Source of the DNA: Octopus vulgaris
Lineage: Eukaryota
Direction: 5' to 3'
Length of the DNA: 64,000 nt
Assembly (NCBI GenBank): GCA_951406725.2
Contig: OX597833.1
Coordinates: 61,008,001 to 61,072,000 of the forward strand
A program made the translations under genes and the position numbers. The notes beneath the pieces are model-generated. The model had not been told where the DNA came from. It saw nothing but the letters and a program-made list of their open reading frames with translations, and ran no database searches. Positions 56,045 to 64,000 of this stretch are shown here, piece after piece; the stretch's first letter is position 1; the number at the start of each line of letters is the position of its first letter.

Positions 56045-56245
56045 CAGTGCTTTTCAAACTTTTTGCTGGAGTGGAACCCCAAGAACACATTCAACTGGCT
56101 CGGAGAACCCCTGTGCAATAATTTAATAGTCTTATGCACACATATCTGCACAGGAGAATTAAAAATTACTGCCGATTTTAGCAGTTTTGTAACTTCTTGC
56201 GGAACCCCTGGACTGTACTGGCGGAACCCTGGTTGAAAACCACTG
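56045..56245. mobile_element. hAT-type MITE, intact
   Basis: 13-bp TIR CAGTGCTTTTCAA / TTGAAAACCACTG (1 mismatch) and perfect 8-bp TSD CTCTACTA at 56037-56044 and 56246-56253. Confidence 0.92.
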
Positions 56246-57039
56246 CTCTACTATATTAAAGGGAAGGATATATTAGCTGAAATAAGACAGGATGATCATG
56301 GTTGGAATGTGTGTCTGTATCACCAAGAACTAAAACAACAACAGCAACATTACACAACTAATGTCCTAAATTTCATTTCGCTTTTGCTTGTTGTTTCATT
56401 CATCACCAAGTTGCAAACAAAATTCCTTCATTACCATTAATTGATATTCTAATTATTAATTAACCAATATTCAATATCATTAATGAATATTCAATAGCAT
56501 CAAGTCATAATATCTGAGCCTCTATTATCTCACTCATCTGCTAGACATAACAGCCAAATCTCCCTTAAATTACGCTTTTGTCTTGAAATGTGAGCATCAC
56601 ATTGAGTAATGTGATCCTGTGTATACAATCTTTGAAAGACAAGCAGAGCAGGTCATGCTGGAATGTCTTTGATTAGTCAGGATTCTAAACAACAACTATA
56701 ATGCTTTTGTTATTCTCCCAGTAATATTTATCATTCTGATTTTGGTTGTTTTTCCTTCTATTTCTTCATAAACATTAATCCTGGAAGCTCTTCTACTTTC
56801 ATTTTTGGTATTTTTTCCTAACCTAGCAGCCCTTTTGGTCAATGAGGAAAGGATTTAATATTAAAATAATTTTGTCATTATTAAATGGGTGTTTAGAACA
56901 TGAACTAACGTCTGATTTTGCTGAAAGATTTTAAGACCATTTCAAAAAAGGGAGCTTTTATCATTGAACTAGGGCCAATTTCAGACAATCAAAAGAGTTA
57001 AGATGGTGAATCCTCTGACATTTGTTTGGGTTATTTACA

Positions 57040-57195
57040 ACAGGCTTTTTCAGTTTCTGTCTACTAAATCCATTCACAAGGCTTCGGTCGGTCTGGAGCT
57101 GTAGTAGAAGACACTTGACCAAGGTGCCATGCTGTGGGGCTGAACCCATAAACATGTGGTTGGAAAGCAAACTTCTAACCACCGCAACCCCACCT
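57040..57195 (-). mobile_element. SINE family B, 5' half
   Basis: AGACACTTGACCAAGGTGCCA...GTGGTTGGAAAGCAAACTTCTAACCAC. Confidence 0.8.
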
Positions 57196-57594
57196 GAAAA
57201 TTCTTTCTGCACATGGTGTCCATCAAGGAAGTCACTAAAGATCATTTATCAACTTGAAGACCCAAGGATGTTGAAATTGTGCTGTTTTCCACCTGACTAT
57301 CCCACCACACCACAGTCACAGCTAATTGAAGATTGTCTTTATTATGTAACCTCGTTAGAATAAATCTCATTTTGCACAAGAGCCATTTTGTCTGAGTCCC
57401 CTTAATATTATAGCTTGGCTTGCTAGAAATAAGAGCCAGATCTCCCTTAAATCACATACTACTCATGTTAAAAACGGTGGACATGTTAATGTATTCGTCC
57501 CCGATATACGCAAACCTGATCACAGATTATGGTGTGATGGTCACTACATCTCTCTTGATCATGAATATTTAAAATAGATCTATTGATTTCCATT

Positions 57595-57800
57595 AGATCA
57601 TGTAAACTGTTGTCATAGTAACAAAGACTCTACACTGATCACATTTGATAAGTTGTCATGGTAACATAGACTGGAAGGGGTTTGCATTTATCTGACTGGA
57701 TGTTATATTTATCTGATAGGTTACCATGGGAACATGGACTGGATGTTGATCACATCTGATATGTTGCTATGGTAACATAGACTGGATGGGGTTTGCTATC
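57595..57800. promoter_or_regulatory. Minisatellite carrying four RFX X-box-like palindromes
   Basis: GTTGTCATAGTAAC 57609-57622, GTTGTCATGGTAAC 57652-57665, GTTACCATGGGAAC 57720-57733 and GTTGCTATGGTAAC 57763-57776, compared with the RFX palindrome GTTGCCATGGCAAC. The repeat is certain; function is inferred. Confidence 0.55.
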
Positions 57801-57945
57801 AACTTCTGGTGTAGGGAATCATCACAAAGATTCAGGTCCTCTCTTTATAGAAGACCCTAACATTTAAAATGTTTTTCACTGTTCTGTCGATATTAGTGAA
57901 GGTTCTTCCTGCAAGATCAGTGGAGGGTCCAATCCACACATGCAT

Positions 57946-57983
<38 letters not shown>

Positions 57984-59211
57984 AGTGAGGTGGGAGGAAG
58001 GCAGGAGAGGTACCCAGCCCTCTATAGGCCCCTATCTCAGATGGAGATTGTTTAAAACCTTGCATGAATATAGCTGAAGTTTGTGGTTGCTTGTAACCAC
58101 AGGCTGTTAAGAGGCCAAATATGACATTCATGTTGATTTTGTAATCTTAAGCATCTCTTGGTGGAAATTGATGATAATTAATAATTGAGTTTTTTCAAAG
58201 CCCCACTCTAGATTTAATTATCCTGAGAAGTCTCATTAATTTGTATTTTTGAGTTGTTGTGTTTTTTTTTTTTTAATACTTGTTATCTTTGATCAGCTGA
58301 GTTTATCTAAGTTGTGATGTTGTTGGTGTGTCTGCATCGCGTATCTAAAATCACAAGTCGGCTAGTGTCTGATATAGAGTTTTGTGTATAACACCCCCGT
58401 GATTCCTGTTTTACTTAGGTGGACCCTCAAAGTCATTTGATGTTGGAAAAAAATCCCCATTATAGTTTTGTAACTAAGTATTAATAAGAATTGTATAGTA
58501 AGATATTTTGTATATTGCAGAAGTATAACCAATTTATGGCACATAAACTTTAGCAACAAGATCTTATATGGTGGTGGTGCACCAGCATGGCCGCGGCCTT
58601 CGGGCTAAAACATTTTTTTTTTAAGGACCCCCAAGGATCATGTGACCCCCATTTGAAAATCAATCAATCTATCTACCCCCCCCCTCTCTCTCTCTCTCTC
58701 TCTCATAATAGCATTCTTGTGTGTGTCTTGAGTTTTACTTCTAAGTTCTTGTTATTTTGTAATGTTTATATTCTGAACATATATATATTTATTGTATGCT
58801 TATATACTGGAAAGGAATGTATGTATGTATGGTGTGTTCAGTTGAAGAAACATGGTAGGTTGTGACCAAACTAAGAAAAATATCAACAACAGAAATACCC
58901 AAAATCTGTTCAATATTTCAAGATAAATTCAAAATTGGTGTTTTCTTGTTAGAACTGTTTCATTAGTTTATATATCTATCTATCTATCTGTCTGTCTGTC
59001 TGTCTATATATATTACTGCACCAGGTAAATTGTTTAGCTGTATGTCTTCCGACTTTATGTTCTGAGTTCAAATGCCACCAAGATTGACTCTACCTTTCAT
59101 CCTTTCGGGCTCGATAAAATAAGTACCAGTTGAGCACCGGTGTTGATGTAATTGACTTCCACCCTCTCCCACGATTGCTGGCCTTGTTCCAAAGTCTGGA
59201 ACCATTATCAA

Positions 59212-59447
59212 CCCTTTAGCATTCAGATTACTCTGTCGAATGTAATGCATATTTATTCACATTGTTTTGAATCAATCATGCATTATCTCATAGCTTTGAG
59301 ATTTCAGTGATGTGGATTTTTTTTTTTTTTTTCCTTTTAAAATGAGATTATAAAGTTGGTGTGAGAAACTGAATCTGGTCAGTTTGAACATAATACAGAT
59401 AGAATATTTGGGCCAGATATATATGGCTGGTCTTAGCTGCTGAAGGG
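59212..59447 (-). mobile_element. piggyBac-type MITE, opposite orientation to the 22212/28008/30740 copies
   Basis: TCAA|CCCTTTAGC...GCTGAAGGG|TTAA; the internal sequence is the reverse complement of the family. Confidence 0.85.
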
Positions 59448-60358
59448 TTAACTATCTTATTATTAGGGTTACCCACAAAGTTTTCTCACTGTTGTTGTTG
59501 CTTAGCTCCTGATACAGGCATTTTAGCAATGATCATCCTTCTTAGTTAGACATAATATAGTATCTAGGCCTACATAATCTAAAACAGTAAGGTATGATCT
59601 GTAAGGGACTTCTGTCTGGTCACACAACCGTGTTGTAGTTAATTCATGTTACAAAGTGTGTGTGTCTGTGTGTCACAACTTGGTTATCCATTTTAATGTC
59701 TTTTAATAATAAGAAATGCAGATGGCAATTTTTTTTACTTTGGTGTATCAGTGGTTGTATAGTTTTGTGTCCTTTATTGTTCAAAATTAACAAAGTGTGA
59801 AACTAAGAGACATGTTGTAATCAAATAGATTCACATATTAAGATGTAGACCATTCTCTGGTTTTAAATCATTCTTTCACTACTTCTTTTCAAGTAGTTTT
59901 GATCTTCCTGTTTTACCTGTCAGATTCCATCAACTCAAAAAGTCTTCCAATAAAAAAAAAGTCTTGAACAAAATTTTGTTTGAAACATGATTCTATCTCT
60001 TTTTCATTGGTCCAGTTTCCCCCCCGCTTTTCTCACATTTTATTCTAATTTATCTGATTACCAGGTTTTAAATTTTTCCTTGAATTTCCTTTTCTTTGTT
60101 TTGTAATTTTCTTTGAAGATGTGTGTGTGAGTGTGTAAGTGGGTATGTGTGTGTACGCACACACTTATCAGTATTTCTAGAATCCAGAAAAGTCTGTCTT
60201 AATTCACTTCCTTGTACAGTTAGTTGGGCCATATTTAAAGCTGACAGCAGGAAACAGTTTCCTAGTTTCATTAAAACTAAATATTTTCTTAAGGTACTGT
60301 TTCAATTATCATCAGTAATTAGTGCTAATTATCAATAAGGATGTCAACAGTTGTTTAA

Positions 60359-60555
60359 CCCTTTAGTGTTCATATTGCCCTGCCAAAAATAACGCTTGTT
60401 TATTCACATTATTTTGAATTAATCATGCATCGTCTTGGAGCTTTGAGGTTTTGATGGTACGATTGCTTATTCTTAGAATGGCATTTTTGGGTATTGTGAC
60501 TTGCCAGGTCTGGCCAGTTTGAACATAAAGCACGTAAAATATTTGGGCCAAAGGG
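60359..60555 (-). mobile_element. piggyBac-type MITE about 100 bp upstream of the GSE1 exon acceptor
   Basis: TTAA|CCCTTTAG...CCAAAGGG|TTAA. Confidence 0.85.
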
Positions 60556-60652
60556 TTAAAGAATTGATCAGAAATCCGTATAATCTCTTCCCCCCCACCC
60601 CCAACACACTGAAGTTTGCTGGTCCTTAAACTTGTTGTCTTTCACTATTTAG

Positions 60653-60901
60653 GATGTATGCTCATGACTGGTTTCTTTTCAGGACTCCCCCAGGGTGCCA
60701 AGCCCCCACCCCTCACCATGGTCAACTCAGGTGCATCCAAAGTGACCCGAAATACAGCAACTGTGCAGCCCCTCAGTCAGGTATCATCGTCGCCTAGCAA
60801 CAGTGTGACCTCGATCAGTGGCAATGCTGCCCTGAATGCCACACGCACATCTAGTTTTGCAGCTGCACTAAGGAAATTGGCTAATCAAGCCAAAGATCCA
60901 G
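60653..60901 (+). CDS. GSE1: GSE1 N-terminal exon (alternative acceptor gives a start at 60683)
   Basis: Translation GLPQGAKPPPLTMVNSGASKVTRNTATVQPLSQVSSSPSNSVTSISGNAALNATRTSSFAAALRKLANQAKDP resembles vertebrate GSE1 as I recall it (RTTATVNPL...SSSFAAALRKLAKQAEEP). Acceptors TTAG|GA (60652) and TCAG|GA (60682); donor CCAG|GTAATT after 60901; phase 1 at both ends. Confidence 0.85.
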
Positions 60902-61136
60902 GTAATTGCACCTCCTTGTGCATGTCTTCACCGCATCATTCTTGTTATTGCTAATTGTGTTTTTACCCATCACTCTTGTCCACCGCTAATCATCATTCCC
61001 AGTCAATCTTTTGAAATTTCCCCCTCCTCCTCCTCCACTCCCTATGTGAGACATGGCTTCTTTTCTTCGTTAATCCCAGATCTTTTGTACTCATTCATTT
61101 GATTGTTTGTTATTATTATTATTATTAATTACCAGC

Positions 61137-61372
61137 AATTATATCATAGAACAACCATTTTAACTATTTACAAAAAACATGCCTTGTAAACTGAGGTGTC
61201 GATATTTCTCTTGCATCCCTGTGGCTGGGTCTCATCGGTGACCAAGTCTGGACAAAAACATGAATACTTCAAGAAATACCTGTAAAGTGAACATAAGTTT
61301 TTTTTTTTTCCCCCACCTTTTTACAAGTGTGTATTTTCAAAATGGTTAAACTGGTTCTTCTATGATATAATT
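61137..61372. mobile_element. Foldback/MITE-like element with ~58-bp imperfect terminal inverted repeats
   Basis: Left arm AATTATATCATAGAACAACCATTTTAACTATTT...CTTGTAAA; right arm reverse complement AATTATATCATAGAAGAACCAGTTTAACCATTT...CTTGTAAA. Confidence 0.8.
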
Positions 61373-61679
61373 TCATTGTCTATTTCAACGCTATTGGATC
61401 AAGCCACTTGCTACACACAACTCTACAATTCTGAAACATTAATTAACAATTATCATTTACAGGTGTCTTTTTTTCTTCTTTTTTCTACTTCTTTTTCTTT
61501 TATTGTTGTTTGAAATTTTAATAATGGTTTCTTTGTTATATTTCATATGCGTACTTTATCCAGTTGTGACCTGGTTGCTGATGGACATCCAGAATCTGTG
61601 ATCATTATTCCTAATCCAATCTTCATTTCAGTACTGGCTCCATGTTCTCTCTTTCGCTATATATATATATATATATATA

Positions 61680-61842
61680 GTTGCAGGTATGACTGTTTGG
61701 TAAGAAGCTTGCTTCCCAGATACATGGTTCCAGGTTCAGTCTCATAACATGGCACTTGGGCAAGTGTCTGCTACTATAGCCTTGGGTCGATTGGGTAGAT
61801 GGAAACTTAAAGAAGCCCATTTTATATATATATGTATGTATG

Positions 61843-61888
<46 letters not shown>

Positions 61889-62088
61889 GTGTGTGTTTGT
61901 CCCTGCATCACTGCTTGATAACCGGTGTTGGTGTGTTTATGTCCCCATAACTTAATGGTTCGGCAAAAAAGACTGATAGAATAAGTACTAAGCTTAAAAA
62001 ATAAGTCCTGTGGTTGATTTTTCTGGCTAAAATCTCTTAAGGCAGTGCTCTAGCATGGCTGCAGACAAATGACTGAAACAAGTAAACG
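61680..62088 (+). mobile_element. SINE family B, full length, with internal (TA)n
   Basis: GGTAAGAAGCTTGCTTCCC...GGCACTTGGGCAAGTGTC...GACTGAAACAAGTAAA. Confidence 0.88.
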
Positions 62089-62368
62089 AATACCCCCCCA
62101 CACACACACACACACACATGTAGTTAGAATTTACAGAAAACAAAAGCCAGAAAATGATGACAGGCTGAAAGAACCAACAAACAGGTGTATTAGTTTTGAT
62201 GCTCAGAAAGAAGAATGGAAAAGTCTTTGACATTTCGAGCCTACACTCTTCAGCAGAGAAGGACGAAAGAAAAAAAATGGAGAGGGGTGGGTGGGTAGAA
62301 GAAAAATAATGTGTAGGGATTAACTGTTCAACAGGATGAAAATATATACTTACTGACACACAAATATG

Positions 62369-62408
<40 letters not shown>

Positions 62409-62919
62409 CGTGTGTTTGTATATATATATATACACATTCATACATACATGCACACACACACATCACAACTATCATATTCTCCACTCCTCATTTTACCCTC
62501 TTATCACCTTTATATAGAGAGATCCCTGTTTGGTGAAAGAGGTTTTACATATCCATTAAATCTCTCTCTTCTCTGACTCCCCCCCCCCCCCCCGTTTATA
62601 TTTATTTACTTTCTATTGTTGTTGATGTTGTTTGTATTTCAGGAATGCCACACTACTGCCTACTCTTTCCTCTCTGACCTATTCTATAATGCCTGCCTGT
62701 CCCAGCTGTGACTGCCAAATGTCAACAGTCCTCTTAGCATTTCTCTACTTCATGTATTTTCACCAATTTTTTTTTTCTTCTTCTTCTTCTTCTTCTTCTT
62801 CTTTGTTATCATTTTTCAAGAAAAATTAATATATTACTTCATATGACATTTATTTATTTATTTCAGAAGCATATGAATACATTTCAAACTAATTAACTGT
62901 CCCAATCCAAACACTCTAT

Positions 62920-62926
62920 TTATTAC

Positions 62927-63013
<87 letters not shown>

Positions 63014-63040
63014 TATTACTATTATCATTATTATTATTAT
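62920..63040. repeat. (ATT)n microsatellite
   Basis: About 120 bp, nearly pure. Confidence 0.97.
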
Positions 63041-63274
63041 TCACTCACAAAATAATTTTTCTTCATCTTTTTTTTTTCTCTCTCAATGCACTGAAAATTG
63101 TTCGTATCTTGATGATGTTATTTACATTTAATTAATGATTTCAGGGTCATAACTCACATGCAGCAGTCTACTATTATTACAGATATTATTATAACAAGAC
63201 ATAGTTCACATGGATCTACAATTACTACTACTATTACAACTACTACTACTACTATCATTATTATTATTATTAAT

Positions 63275-63496
63275 TAGGCGGCAAGCTGGCAGAATCATTA
63301 GCACACTGGACGAAATGCTAAGCAATATTTCGCCCCATCATTATATTTTGAGTTCAAATTTCACTGAGGTCGACTTTGCATTTCATGCTTTCGGGGGTTG
63401 ATGGAATAAGTACCAGTTATGCACTGAAGTAAATATGATCGACCCCCCCCCACCCCACCCAAAAAAATTTCTGGCTTTGTACCTGTAGTAGAAAGG

Positions 63497-63535
<39 letters not shown>

Positions 63536-63985
63536 GAGGCAGTGAGCTGGCAGAATCCTTATTGCATCAGACAAAATGCTTAGCAGCATTTCATCTGTCT
63601 ATGCTCAGGTTCTGCTGAGGTCCAGTTTGCCTTTTGTTTTTTGTAGAGTCAATAAAACAAGTACAGGTTGAGCCACTGGGGTTGGTGTAACCGTCGTGCT
63701 CCACCCCACAAGTTTCAGGCCTCGTTGCTCTAGTAGAAAGAATTATTATACCAAGGCTGAGGGGGGAGTGGATTGATGGAATTGTTGGAACGTTAAACAA
63801 AATGCCTTGAGTATTTCTTCCAGTTGTGTATGCTCTGGGTTCAAATCACACAAATGTCACCTCTGCGTTTCACCCAGTCTGGGTTTTGTAAAATAAAGTG
63901 CCATTTAAGTACTGAGGCCTAATGCTATCAACTAGCTTTCTTCTTTCGAGACTGCTAGCCTTCTGCTTAAATTAGAAACAATATC
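63275..63985 (+). mobile_element. Three head-to-tail degenerate SINE A-type copies
   Basis: GGC.G..AGCTGGCAGAATC heads following (ATT)n tails, with AGTAGAAAG.ATTATT ends. Confidence 0.75.
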
Positions 63986-64000
63986 ATGTCCATGACAATA

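Noticed and set aside
60902-60954. C-terminal extension NCTSLCMSSPHHSCYC of ORF 60616..60954
   Set aside because: Lies after the CCAG|GTAATT donor; intronic read-through.
62643-62829. Possible GSE1 exon 3 after TTTGTATTTCAG
   Set aside because: The phase-1 frame stops after about 11 codons (TGA); no GSE1-like sequence or clear donor.

Overview
Eukaryotic, AT-rich, microsatellite- and SINE-dense DNA. The repeat landscape is typical of an Octopus (coleoid cephalopod) genome; this is inferred from remembered repeat families and not verified. The only convincing protein-coding signal is a + strand exon at 60653/60683-60901 whose translation (RNTATVQPL...TSSFAAALRKLANQAKDP) matches the N-terminus of GSE1 (Genetic suppressor element 1, a CoREST/LSD1-HDAC complex partner). 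A GC-rich promoter-like region (about 130-600) and a phase-compatible 91-nt first coding exon (1016-1106) suggest the window is the 5' end of GSE1 with an intron 1 of about 59.5 kb. The intron holds several tRNA-like SINE families, TTAA (piggyBac-type) and 8-bp-TSD (hAT-type) MITEs, CR1- and RTE-type LINE relics and simple repeats. Almost all ORFs in the supplied track are microsatellite or repeat artefacts. I found no clear new multi-gene system. The best leads are a minisatellite made of four RFX X-box-like palindromes, a duplicated segment with an internal ~35-bp micro-inversion, tandem in-frame splice acceptors and uORFs at the GSE1 5' end, a foldback element just after exon 2, and many inverted SINE pairs that could be ADAR substrates.
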